64,000 nt of DNA from Eledone cirrhosa (GCA_964016885.1 OZ024740.1:221650001-221714000); one strand, 5' to 3'. Counted from the first letter of the stretch, positions 1-12,200 are shown. Notes: a model not told the origin generated them from the letters alone. Program-made: numbers and translations.

Positions 1-31
<31 letters not shown>

Positions 32-960
32 TCACATACATTCATTCATACATACATCTATACATATATGATGGCTGCCCCCTCGTTATCGAGTATGGCC
101 ATTGCACGAGAAAAAAAAAAATAATAATATATATATACACATACATATATACATCCATACATACATACACACACATGTATATTCACATATATATATACAA
201 ACATACATATACACACATATATACATACATATTCACACATATATAGATACATATTCACACACATACATAGATACAAATATGCATACATATACACACATAC
301 ATACATGCATACATACATGCATACATACATATACATATGCATACATACACACACATACATCCATACATATATGCATACATACACACACACACACACACAT
401 ATATATATATGCACATACATACATACATATATACATACACACACATACATATATACACACATATATATATACACACACATATATATATACACACATACAT
501 ACATACGTACATTATACATGATAAAAATATACACATACATATATACAAACATCCATCCATACATACATGCACACATACATACATGCATACATATATACAT
601 GCATACATAAATACATACATACAATACATACATATAATACATATCTAAATACATACATACAATATACATATGCATACATACACACACATACATCCATACA
701 TATATGCATACATACACACACACACATATATATATATATGCACATACATACATACATATATATATACACACACATATATATATACACACATATATATATA
801 TACACATATATATATATATATGTGTGTGTGTATGTATGCATATATGTATGGGTGTATGTGTGTATACATATACAATATACATATACAATATATGTATACA
901 TATACAATACATATACATATAATACATACATATAATACATACACATTTACGTACGTTATT
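1..960. repeat. Low-complexity (TA)n/(CATA)n/(CA)n microsatellite field
   Basis: Continuous TA/CA/TACA repeats; overlapping ORFs are only Y/I/H/T/C/V/M repeats. Confidence 0.95.
68..110 (-). mobile_element. Very short 3' tail remnant of a retroelement; second copy at ~1290-1328
   Basis: The motif ggctgccccctc(g/a)tta(t/g)cgagtatggccattgca followed by an A run occurs twice inside microsatellites; an RTE origin is inferred from the neighbouring RTE fragment. Confidence 0.45.
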
Positions 961-1489
961 GAAACGCCGTGTTTGGTGCCTACCACGAGTTGTTGTAAAC
1001 TTATGGAACAAATTTGCATATAGGAAATGAATAAAGTTAGAATATTAAGAATGGGAACGATATAATCTGTGAACATTCCGTAGACGATGGACATAAATGA
1101 AGTTTTCGAGCAGTTGGACACTGGAATGTCTATGAAATACAATTACAATTCCTTAGTGAAATTGCTGAAGTATGCAAAATATTCCAGAAACGGAATTAGT
1201 GACTAGTGACTGTATGTAAGCGCGTATATATGTGTCTACATACATGAATACATATATACATACATATATGCATTCATACATTTATACATGGTGGCTGCCC
1301 CCTCATTAGCGAGTATGGCCATTGCAAGAAAAAAAAAAATATATATATATATATATATACATACATATATATTAATAACAATAGTAATAACAACAATAAT
1401 AATAACGACATCAAGAACAATAATAATATACATATATATATAAATACACACACACGCACGCACATAAACATATCTATACACACACACGA

Positions 1490-2385
1490 TAGCAACTAAG
1501 AGCGCTGCGATCGAATGTGGCTTTTTAACCCAGCCAATGATCTAAAATGTCTTGCACAGAGTCGGCAACCAAAACATTCACTGGGAATAGCCGGCTGTAG
1601 TTGGAGTTCATGTACTTTTGCATGTCGTTTGAGTCTTCCTGCTGATTTACATTCTCTACCACATGCTTGGAAAGCATGATGAGTAGCATCTCCAACAGCA
1701 GCCTGGTAGTCAACCACTAGTCTTACTTTATGACTGCGAAGATGACTTTCGAGTCCAGCTTTGCTTAGGCAGCTTTGCCATGTCAGCACCATAGGAGGAC
1801 CTTCGCCGTCTGGAAGTGCAACAGCAATGAGCTTCCTCACATCCCGCTTTACTTTCTCGTATGCGATTCGAGATGCCTCAAAGCAACTTTTCCCTCATAT
1901 ACAGTCTTTCTCCATTTATTACGATCAGCAGCAATATTTTCCCATGTATCAGCAGAGATGTTAGCGTCTTTCAAAGAGGCTTTCAAAGAGGCTTTTTTGG
2001 TTTATGTGGCGGTCGTTTTCCTTTAACCAACTCTCCATAAAAGAGTTGTTTTGGTATTCTAGAATCCTTCATCCTGGCAAGGTGACCACTCCAACGGAGT
2101 CGTTTCTTAAGCACAAGAGCTTCTATACTGTCACACAGAGCTTTCCAAAATCTCGACATCACTGATGTGGTCCCTCCACTGAACGCCATGGATCCGTCTG
2201 AGACACATCTGATGGAAACGCTCCAATTGCATAAGGTGGTGTCGATATGTGACCCAGGTCTCGCAGGCATAAAGAAGAGAAGAGAGCACACATGCCTTGT
2301 ACACCTTTACCTTTGTATTCTTGCATATGTCTCGCCGACCCCAGAGTCGCCTTTCTAGCTTTCCGAAAGCATCACTTGCTTCCTA
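1490..2385 (-). mobile_element. RTE-clade LINE 3' fragment (post-RT region with C2H2-like fingers), frameshifted
   Basis: KKRLRWSGHLARMKDSRIPKQLFYGELVKGKRPPHKPK is the typical RTE C-terminal motif, followed by CRLCARHFRSLAGLKSHIRS-type fingers. Confidence 0.85.
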
Positions 2386-2669
2386 ATCCTATTTATACAT
2401 ACATGCATACATACATGCATACATACATGCATACATACCTATATACATACATGCTTGAATACATTCACACACACGTGCGCGCGCACACACAGAAAAGACA
2501 CAAAACACATTTATATATATATGTATATATATATAGAGAGAGAGAGAGGGAAAGAGAGGGAGCCATATATCGTTAGAGAAACACAAACGTCCATTTAGCT
2601 TTTCTACATATCATCGTACATATTATATATGTTATGATAACTTGACACAGTGTATATATATATATACGA

Positions 2670-3883
2670 GACATGAAAAATGCGCAAGCTCAAAAGCGCC
2701 ACAGAATGTTATAATAAACCTTCAAAAGTGTGGGACTAGAGTTGTTACTCAAAAATATTGTAATAATTATCTATCGTACATCTGTGGCATCCTTTATAAA
2801 AATAACACAATAAATACATCTATGTTTAATGTAATAACAGCTATAAATAATTACGTAATATTATTATCATATACTCATAGTAACAAAATAATTGTGTTGA
2901 AAATTAATATGATGCTTATATGAATGATCAAATCTATAATGATTATTTTATAAATATACTAATATTAAAATAATTTAGTTATATATTGTTAACAATCGTA
3001 TTGTATCATCAGAGTTTTATCACTGCAAACTTTCATATTGGAATTACCTTAAGCCATTTATCATTACTTCGCTTTCGTACTTTTACAGATGTAGATATTC
3101 AGCTGTATCTTATATCTAATATCATGATCTCATGGTAATTTGCATTCAGTGTAAAATAGGTTTATTAATAACTTCAATATGAAATGTATTATACAGGGCA
3201 GCGTAGTCTGCCAAAAATTGACTGACTTCAACTCCGGATCCGATACTCCATTATTTCCTAAATTTCAACTCCGCAGCCCTGTTATTATAATAATTAATTT
3301 ATTTTATAGTTGTAAATCATATCTTTATATGTTACACTCTAAGAATGAACTAAGTGAAATAATGTAAAAAGAAAGGCATGGTTGGTTTAAGCTAATGTTC
3401 AATATCTCATATTAGATGTTTAGTAATGATTAATACGAAATGCACTTAAACCGAATTCTATATTATAAATTTACTTAATTAATTATCGTGTCGTCTTGAG
3501 TTCCTTATGAGTCTCTTTTTTATAAAAGGATGCCACAGATTTTATAAAAAAAGAGACTAGATGATAATAATTTCTACTTTAGGCACAAGGCCAGCAATCA
3601 CCCAGTGCATTACTTGTACTTTATTTTATCGACCCCGTAAGGATGAAAGGCAAAGTCAACCTCGGCGGGATTTGAACTCAGATGATAATAATATTACGTA
3701 ATTATGTATAGCTGTTATTACATTAAACATAGATGTATTTATTGTGATATTTTTATAAAGGATGCCACAGAATGTACGATAGATAATGATTACAATATTT
3801 TTGAGTAACAACTCTAGTCCACACTTTTGAAGGTTTATTATAACATTCTGTGGCTCTTTTGAGCTTGCGCATTTTTCATGTCT
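2670..3883. repeat. ~200-bp inverted repeat pair (2670-2870 / 3682-3883) around ~800 bp; possibly a decayed PLE with an inverted terminal repeat
   Basis: acatgaaaaatgcgcaagctcaaaag...attacgtaatattattatcat matches its reverse complement with few mismatches. Confidence 0.8.
3572..3681 (-). mobile_element. tRNA-derived SINE family 1, 5'-truncated, with target-site duplication (TSD)
   Basis: Core ttttatcgaccccgtaaggatgaaaggcaaagtcaacctcggcgggatttgaactcag; agatgataataat is repeated on both sides. Confidence 0.9.
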
Positions 3884-4444
3884 AGTTTAATATTTTTTTA
3901 AGGCAACGCTTGTAATAACTCTAGTTAAACATAATATATATTAATAATAAATTATCGTTGTAATGTAATTAGATTATATAATTGTTATTATAAATGATCT
4001 TATAAATATTAGTGTAAGATGTATAAAAATATTTTCAGACTTTTAATATAAACAACAACAAAAAACAATCAATATTAAATCAATATAGACCATAAAATAA
4101 ATAAACCATAAAATAAATAAACAATATAAAAATAAAATATTTACATACAATTGCAATTATCAGTCTATATAAATTTTCTTTATTCCCTGAGCAAATTAGG
4201 GAGATTTGTTCTTATTGCACATAATTTGATGACTTTTTGGAGTGTATTAAAAGATAACAACAATTTGTGATTAAATTGTTATCTTAAGCAATTCTCTTTT
4301 TAATAGTTGTTGGCTGAGCGAAATTGAACAAGCCTATGAGCTAATATTTAAAAAAATACACAAACTACATTTCCCTGTATTGTTGCAACATTAGATAAAA
4401 TAATTGAGCAATGTCGTGAGATTTTGCTCTTATTGCACATTAAT

Positions 4445-4620
4445 AGTGTTTCTATTTTTCGGCACAAAACTATTACCGCAGTCCATTAATGGTACTTTAT
4501 TTTATCGAACTGGTAAGGATGAAAGGCAAAGTTAACCTCGGCGGGATTTGAAGTTAGAACGCAAAGGGCCATAACAATGCTGCAAAGCATGGTGTCTGAT
4601 GCTCTACCAATACTTGTGTT
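4445..4620 (-). mobile_element. SINE family 1 copy
   Basis: Same core (aaggatgaaaggcaaagttaacctcggcgggatttgaa). Confidence 0.85.
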
Positions 4621-5394
4621 GAGCTGGTCACCAATTTGTGGTGGTCATGCGGGGAATAGAACAACAAACGCTAGTCGAAATAGTATTAACAAAACATTTT
4701 TATTTGTCGAAGAACATATTTTCAATACTGTTTGTGAATGTGATGAAGGAAATACATTCTGATATGGAACAGAGTACAAAGTGTGTCTGTGAATAACATA
4801 ATGTTACCTCATGTTGTCGTCAAGACATAATGGATTTCGTATATCCAGTTGGAAGATTAAACCTAGCCATCTCGGATTAGCTATATTTCGTGCCACGTGT
4901 AGACGTGTTTGAGGAGAGGAAAATATGCATGTTTCTCGTCTGGAAACTTTCTGCTAAACTGATTGGTTTCGGTTTTGACGCTATGCAATACTCATCCGAT
5001 AGATAGCATGTACCAAAGAATGAAAGAAACTCGGTTATTCAGACGAATACTTAACTCAAAGTTGTCTGGTGTTACAGGAAATTCGTGTAGAAACCAATTA
5101 TCGCACAAGGAAGTTACTAAATAGGGATATTGAATATCGATACCTATAGATGTTCAACAATAGTTGAAGAAACTAATCCGTGGAAAATCACCGTCGATTA
5201 TCCATCGTTGATGATTCATCGGCTTGAACTATCCATCTAACGTTAAAATAGATTACAAAAACACAGAGAAGTCAGTTATACGTTGGATTCTCTCTCTCTT
5301 CTCTTGTATCTATCTTTCACTCACTCTCAATCTCACGACCACAACACATACAAAGCGCACACATACACCTTCCTTTTTAATTCTTTAACACTTT

Positions 5395-5434
<40 letters not shown>

Positions 5435-5438
<4 letters not shown>

Positions 5439-5556
5439 CGAAGGAAATGTGGTAAGGAACCAGGTGGACCATAACGCACCAAAGTACTCAATACTAATTT
5501 AGTCCAGAATTAGCCGTCGAAACGGCTTGAGCTCAGCCGTCGGGGTCTTACTGGTT

Positions 5557-5559
<3 letters not shown>
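5435..5559 (+). repeat. Rearranged family C repeat between (TA)n tracts, carrying the 3' half of an HHR
   Basis: 5435-5495 is the reverse complement of ~10730-10790, and 5502-5559 matches 10651-10709; contains GAAAC-GGC-TTGAGCTCA-GCC-GTC. Confidence 0.75.
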
Positions 5560-5630
<71 letters not shown>

Positions 5631-5669
5631 TATAAATATATATATATATATAAATTTATATATATATAT

Positions 5670-5973
5670 ATGTAGATAAATCTACCAAAATATACGGTAG
5701 TGTCCAATCAGTATGAAGAACTCAATGTAATCCGAATATCATGAAAAGAGAAGATGTATTCAAAAATTTTTTTTCGATGAAAAATACAGGAAAACAGAGT
5801 CAAGATAAATTAATAAAAATAATGAATAAACAAAGAAACAGTTCCTTATATTAAAAAATTCATCATTTTACGATCGTTTTTAGGATATATATGTTAGTGT
5901 TGGTATGCATATCCTATAGATCTATGTAAACTGTTTACAAACTATCAGAAGGAATATACATACCTACACATAT
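5670..5973 (+). repeat. Family D microsatellite-flanked repeat; further copies in both orientations at 9522-10060
   Basis: aaagaaacagttccttatattaaaaaattcatcattttacgatcgttt... is shared with 9660-9800 (direct) and 9810-10058 (inverted). Confidence 0.85.
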
Positions 5974-6441
5974 ATATGCTGTCTTCAGAAATAATGATAT
6001 TTGTTTATTGAAAAAAACCAACAATGATTTAATCCAATAGGTCTGTTTGGGAACAGGTTTTGAATTGACCAATAGAAAGATAGTGAAGGTCAAGATGGTA
6101 AAATAGTAGTAAAAGAACCTTAATTTAGGGGTAGAGGAAGGTAGATTTCAGTTTTGGATGGAAAGAATATTATGAATGAAAGATTATTTTAGGGATGAAA
6201 ATAGGTCATATGCTGTCTTCAGAAATAATTATATTTGTCATTGAATAAAACCAACTAAGATTTAATATAATAGGTCTGTTTGGGAACAGGTTTGAATTGA
6301 TCAATAGAAAGGTAATAACTGGCTAAATGGTAAAATAGTAGTAATGGAACTTTAATTTAGGGGTAGAGGAAGGCAGATTTCAGTTTTGAATGGAAGGAGT
6401 ATGAAGAATGAAAAGGTTATTTTAGGGGTGAAAATAGGTCA
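5974..6441. repeat. Two-copy tandem duplication, ~234-bp unit
   Basis: atatgctgtcttcagaaataat...gaaaataggtc at 5974-6207 and 6208-6441, diverged. Confidence 0.9.
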
Positions 6442-6884
6442 GGTCGGTAAAAGGTACACAAAAAATTGCTGTTATAAAAGAATAATGCCAATGTAAATAT
6501 CTAAGGAGACTAAAATTTTACGATAAAAGTGTTAGTGAAAAAAAAAATATATATATGGAATTTACATCTATGAAAAGAAAGTAAATTAATTAAATTGATA
6601 GGTATATTTATATTGATAAAATTATATTAATGCATATAGATATGATAAATAAGTGTTAGATGTAATTGAAGCGTGCTGTTAAAGACGAGGGGGAAATAAA
6701 AAAAATATATATATATATAATTATTGGGGGGGGGGGGGGTTAAATTTATTAGTGAGAAATAACAAATATAGAGAGATTACAAGGAACATAGAATCATAAC
6801 CTGAAATTAAAACAGTACACACTCATTGTTTGGTTGGTTTTCGCTTCTGTGTCTTTTATATCGGTTAATTTAATTTAATTTAAT

Positions 6885-6925
6885 TTATAGTTCTTTCGTT
6901 GCACATCTGCAACATCGTCAGTGGT
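6885..6925 (-). ncRNA. HHR-like motif (family B2), weak stem I
   Basis: Minus strand reads CTGACGA T GTTGCA-GATG-TGCAAC GAAA GAAC TA; a near-identical copy is at 18915-18956. Confidence 0.6.
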
Positions 6926-7363
6926 GCTGTTATGTTTCCTCCCGTTGCATTGTATGCTTACGCCATCTTTATTTAGTCTGTTTATTTATTTATTTGTATT
7001 TTTGTTGTCTTCTCTGCGCATGCGATTGCGTGTGTGTATAGTGTTTTGTTTGATGTGTGTTCTTGTTTGGGTGACTGTGTATTGGTTAATGTATTCTATC
7101 TTAGTTTACTAGTGTGTGTTTATATGTGTTTGTTGTTATTGTGCTTGTGTATTTATTTATTTATTTATTTATACTTCTCTTAGGTCAGTGTTGTTTGTTT
7201 GGGTGTTGTTGTTATTCCATTCATTTTTTCTGTTTAGCCTTTGCCTATTTCGCTGGCCTCTCTGATTTGCCTATCTGCTGGGTCATTTCTATGTTTAGAT
7301 ATTATTCTAACTTCTATATTGTCTATGTTACCGTTGTGTTGTTGTCTGGCATGTTCATCGCCG

Positions 7364-7404
<41 letters not shown>

Positions 7405-7411
<7 letters not shown>

Positions 7412-8022
7412 GGAAAAAATGAAACGATATTTCATTTCCCACTCTTAGTACGGCTGTTACTTAAATATAAGTATGTACACGCACATACACATATGTATAC
7501 CGACGTACAGTAGTATGTATATATATATATACATACATGCACACATATATATATGCACGCATGGATTCACCGAACATTCATTACAATGCTCGGTGTGTTT
7601 GTAAACAAACAGCCGTACTAAGAGTGGGAAATGAAATATCGTTTCATTTTTTCCGTTTATCGTTTTCGGTGCACCCGGCCGATTAACCCACTCGATATGC
7701 AAATTGGGCTACTCAGCCGTTAATATGCATAAGGTAGGTATATACGTTCAACAATCTGGCAGGAAGGTATACGTTGCTGACGATAGCTAACAAGCTTGAA
7801 ACTAGTACAGCGTTCCTTTGTCAGTGTTGAACAAGCGAGCAACGGTGGTTGCTGGACACTACGGCTTAATACGGGATGTTTGTTTACAAACACACCGAGC
7901 ATTGTAATGAATGTTCGGTGAATCCATGCGTGCATATATATATGTGTGCATGTATGTATATATATATATACATACTACTGTACGTCGGTATACATATGAG
8001 TATGTGCGTGTACATACTTATA
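7405..8022. repeat. Interleaved inverted repeats between (TA)n tracts
   Basis: 7405-7458 is the reverse complement of 7608-7660, and ~7465-7611 is the reverse complement of ~7877-8022. Confidence 0.85.
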
Positions 8023-8036
8023 TTTATATATATATA

Positions 8037-8203
8037 TGTAAAATGTAAACAGAAATAACAACACAATCGGTACAGTATATGGAAGGGATATATTAGGTTA
8101 ACGCTTGATATAGGAGGAGGAGGGTATTAACGTTTCGGACGCTACTCCTTCATCAGAAGAATGAATAAGTATTAAGATAAATTGCGGGGACGGGCGGGAT
8201 GGA

Positions 8204-8205
<2 letters not shown>
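8037..8205 (-). mobile_element. Family A non-autonomous repeat with a minimal HHR (8125-8160)
   Basis: aaataacaacacaatcggtacagtatatggaa... recurs at ~20437, ~21487 and ~33473, and inverted at 8750-8905; minus strand reads TCTT CTGATGA AGGA-GTAGCG-TCC GAAA CG TT. Confidence 0.75.
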
Positions 8206-8234
<29 letters not shown>

Positions 8235-8241
<7 letters not shown>

Positions 8242-8663
8242 ATGCTTTGGGAGGGTCATGTTGCCAATAAGAAACACACGCACCAGTTGCTTTCACTTCA
8301 ATTTATTATAATAAATTTATAAATTTAGGAATTTATAAATTTCCGGTTGGTTGGTTGGTTCCACAACCAGATGGTTGTTTATATATTATCAAAGTTCTTT
8401 CGTCACACATTCTATGACCCCTTCAGTGACAGAGAGGCACAAAAAACAAAGAAAAGAATCCCAGTCACTGAAGAGGTCACAGAATGTATGACGAAAGAAC
8501 TTTGACAATATATAAACAACCATCTGGTTGTGGAACCAACCAACCAACCAACCGGAAATTTATAAATTCCTAAATTTATAAATTTATTATAATAAATTGA
8601 AGTGAAAGCAACTGGTGCGTGTGTTTCTTATTGGCAACATGACCCTCCCAAAGTATAACAATA
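8235..8663. repeat. Family B fold-back palindrome (~195-bp arms, 33-bp spacer)
   Basis: 8235-8430 is the reverse complement of 8464-8663 with a few mismatches; the right arm recurs at 61866-62062. Confidence 0.9.
8464..8506 (+). ncRNA. Minimal type-I HHR (family B)
   Basis: GTCA CTGAAGA G GTCA-cagaatgta-TGAC GAAA G-AA-C TT TGAC; stem I GTCA/TGAC, CUU site; mirror copy at 8388-8430 (-) has CTGAAGG. Confidence 0.7.
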
Positions 8664-8718
8664 TCGGTTTCAACACACGATTTCAGATAAAGAATCTTGC
8701 TAAACAAATTCAGAAACG

Positions 8719-8749
<31 letters not shown>

Positions 8750-8754
<5 letters not shown>

Positions 8755-8899
8755 GCATGAATGGACCTGTTATTTTTATCTAAAGACATTTACCCCCCAC
8801 CCGTCCTTTTAATCTATTTAATTATCCATTCTTACTTCGGATGAAAGACTAACGTCCGAAACGTTAAGATCCTCTTCCTGTTATTTCTGTATACCTTTT

Positions 8900-8905
<6 letters not shown>
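8750..8905 (+). mobile_element. Family A copy (inverted) with a mutated HHR at 8834-8869
   Basis: cttCGGATGAaagactaacgtccGAAAcgttaaga. Confidence 0.7.
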
Positions 8906-8978
<73 letters not shown>

Positions 8979-9036
8979 TAAGTGAGTTTTTTTCTACAAA
9001 ATGAAAAATAACCGAGGTGTCCTACACGAGTGAAAG

Positions 9037-9306
9037 TATAAGGAAAAAAGATGAAATCGAAAATGCAACTGGGGTCTTTTTTTATAAAAAAATATATATA
9101 TTTATTTGGTTCCTTTACCGGTTTGGCAGTTCCTCTGCTTTTCAAAAGTAGAGTTGAGATGGAGGGTCTGTGGTTTTTCTCAGACCCTCCATCTCAACTC
9201 TACTTTTGAAAAGCAGAAGAACTGACAAACCGGTAAAGGAACCAAATAAATATATATTTTTTTTATAAAAAAAGACTCCAGTTGTATTTTTGATTTCATC
9301 TGTTTT

Positions 9307-9313
<7 letters not shown>
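9037..9313. repeat. Family E fold-back palindrome (~133-bp arms, 10-bp loop) with degenerate HHRs
   Basis: ...gagatggagggtctg tggtttttct cagaccctccatctc...; arms slightly diverged; the left arm recurs at ~11055-11200. Confidence 0.9.
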
Positions 9314-9383
<70 letters not shown>

Positions 9384-9477
9384 TGGTTACACAACAGTTA
9401 GTTCGGGAGCTTCCAACAGAAATGGTCGCATTCTTTAAGGGTATGTCAATATTTATTTATAAAACTGCTCTATTATA

Positions 9478-9525
9478 TTTTATCTGATGAAAGCACATCA
9501 TAATTTAACTTGGTGTCCTTGAAAC
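9478..9525 (+). ncRNA. Partial HHR-like motif (family H); related degenerate copy at 17738-17794 (-)
   Basis: tttat CTGATGA AAGCACATCA...TGGTGTCCTT GAAAC; the other copy reads TTTTAT CTGATGA GTGAGTACCAAA-G-TTTTGGTACCCTT GAGA TATA TA ATAGAA. Confidence 0.45.
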
Positions 9526-9557
9526 TGTTTCTTTGTTTTTATTCATTGTTTCTATTA

Positions 9558-9637
<80 letters not shown>

Positions 9638-10082
9638 TAATAGAAACAATGAATAAAAACAAAGAAACAGTTCCTTATATTAAAAAATTCATCATTTTAC
9701 GATCGTTTCTAGGATATATATGTGTGTGTTGGTATGTATATCATATAGATCGATGTAAACATTTTACAAACTATCAGAGGGAATATACATACCTACACAT
9801 GATGTGTTATATGATATACATACCAACACACACACATATATATCCTAGAAACGATCGTAAAATAATGAATTTTTTAATATAAGGAACTGTTTCTCTGTTT
9901 TTATTCATTGTTTTTATTAATTTATTTTGACTCTGTTTTCCTGTGATTTTCATTGAAAAAATTTTTGAATAAAAAAAAATTTTCTTTTCATGATATTTGG
10001 ATTACATTGAGTTCTTCATACGGATTGGACACTACCGTATATTTTGGTAGATTTATCTATATATATATATATATACATATGT

Positions 10083-10147
<65 letters not shown>

Positions 10148-10405
10148 CGAGCGTCTATTTAGAAACGATAGGCGAAATTTGAAGTTAAAGCTTCATCAAA
10201 TTCTTCTAATAGAGAAAATAATAGGGAATATATGCCCCTTTAACGGAGGAAATGGAAATTAGAACCTGTGGCACTCGAACCGACAACTTCATGCCTGCCG
10301 TGCAGAAATACTACCAATACATTAAAGTCCACTTTTTCGCAGGTGTTATTGTTCATTGTTTCCGTTAAGGAGTTAAGGAGATTTATTTTCTTTCTCTTGT
10401 CTATT

Positions 10406-10448
<43 letters not shown>

Positions 10449-10549
10449 GTGTATACAAGAGGGGGACAGAGGGACATATATACATCATCATCATCATCAT
10501 CATCATAATCATCACCACCATCCCCGGTTAACGTCCATCTTCCACGCTA

Positions 10550-10579
<30 letters not shown>

Positions 10580-10584
<5 letters not shown>

Positions 10585-10785
10585 AACCAGTAAGACCTCG
10601 ACAGCTGAGCTCAAGCCGTTTCGACGGCTAATTCTGGAGCTGAATTCCGGTCCAGAATTAGCCGTCGAAACGGCTTGAGCTCAGCTGTCGGGGTCTTACT
10701 GGTTCCTATTACCCACTCTACTACCTCAAGTATTGAGTACTTTGGTGCGTTATGGTCCACCTGGTTCCTTACCACATTTCCTTCG

Positions 10786-10790
<5 letters not shown>
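10580..10790. repeat. Family C fold-back (59-bp arms, 10580-10638 / 10651-10709) containing HHR 3' halves
   Basis: gacggctaattctgga-12nt-tccagaattagccgtc GAAAC GGC TTGAGCTCA GCT GTC. Confidence 0.8.
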
Positions 10791-10837
<47 letters not shown>

Positions 10838-10871
10838 GGAAGCATATATATGTGTATTTACACCCCCCCCC

Positions 10872-10920
<49 letters not shown>

Positions 10921-11127
10921 ACATTTTACGAGAGTATAAACAATTAAGTGGGTAAGGTATTGGATGACCTACTGACATTTCCATGTGTGCGTGTTTAGTC
11001 TGTTCGCACACAGATAATATGAATATGAATATATATATATATATATATATATATAAAGAAAAAGAGATGAAATCGAAAATGTAACAGAACTCTTATTTTT
11101 TTTTTAAATATATATATTTATTTGGTT

Positions 11128-11165
11128 CCTTTACCGGTTTCGCAGTTCTTCTGCTTTTCAAAAGG
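11128..11165 (-). ncRNA. Minimal HHR with a U3:A8 variant core (family E)
   Basis: Minus strand reads CCTT TTGAAAA GCAG-AAGAA-CTGC GAAA CCGG TA AAGG; perfect stems I and II, palindromic stem III, GUA site. Confidence 0.7.
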
Positions 11166-11229
11166 TGGGTTGAGATGGAGGGTCTGTGGTTTTTCTCTTG
11201 AATATATATATATATATATATATTCAATC

Positions 11230-11356
<127 letters not shown>

Positions 11357-11365
11357 CATATATAT

Positions 11366-11407
<42 letters not shown>

Positions 11408-11409
11408 AT

Positions 11410-11484
11410 GCAAGAAACACATACAGAAATATGAATAGGTCAATTGAACACGTTAACGACATTGCTATTTATTTTCTCCCCTCT

Positions 11485-11551
<67 letters not shown>

Positions 11552-11565
11552 AACTGTGTGTTCAC

Positions 11566-11647
<82 letters not shown>

Positions 11648-11744
11648 ATCTGTGTGTGCACGTGTGTGAGAGAGAGAGAAAATAAATAGCAATGTCGTTA
11701 ACGTGTCGAATTGACCTATTGGTATTTCTGTATGTGTTTCTTGC
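11410..11744. repeat. ~69-bp inverted repeats flanking (TG)n tracts
   Basis: gcaagaaacacatacagaaat...ctatttattttctc (11410-11478) versus its reverse complement at 11676-11744. Confidence 0.85.
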
Positions 11745-11989
11745 AAGTATATTTCGCACGTTATAAGACTATTTATTCATGTCTTAATAAAGAACAATTG
11801 TGTTTAGTGGCTTCCAATCTAAATAGACTGAGACAGTTATTATTCCGTCTGAAAATCTGTCAGTCAATGACGTCTGTATAATAAACATGCCCGGGAAGGG
11901 ATTATCAATGGTATGATTGGAAAATAAAGTTTATAGAGAAAGATGTTTTTTCTGCTCACTCAAAGCAAGACAATAAAACCATTAATTTG

Positions 11990-12200
11990 CAAGGAGTTAG
12001 AGAGCAGGGGAAAAGACAAGGCAGAAAAGAACAAGTGATGTTGCTTTTGAAATTTTGCAAACTGTAGTGGCCAGGAAAGCAAGAATTTGGAAAGGAATTT
12101 CATAGGCGATATGTGCGAAGGAAGAAACTCTCAGAATAGAATTTGCAATTGCATTTAGGAATTTCAACTATAAATGGATGGGACTTAGCCAGCAATCTGA
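11990..12200 (-). mobile_element. CR1/Jockey-group LINE 3' end fragment
   Basis: Minus-strand translation SHPFIVEIPKCNCKFYSESFFLRTYRL*NSFP..SCFPGHYSLQNFKSNI resembles the SFFxRTxxLWNSLP terminal motif. Confidence 0.65.

Noticed and set aside
58-1142. Many long overlapping ORFs (up to 317 aa)
   Set aside because: They are translations of TA/CA microsatellites that lack stop codons; the same applies to the ORFs at 11.1-11.7, 20.0-20.5, 40.2-41.0 and 60.8-61.8 kb
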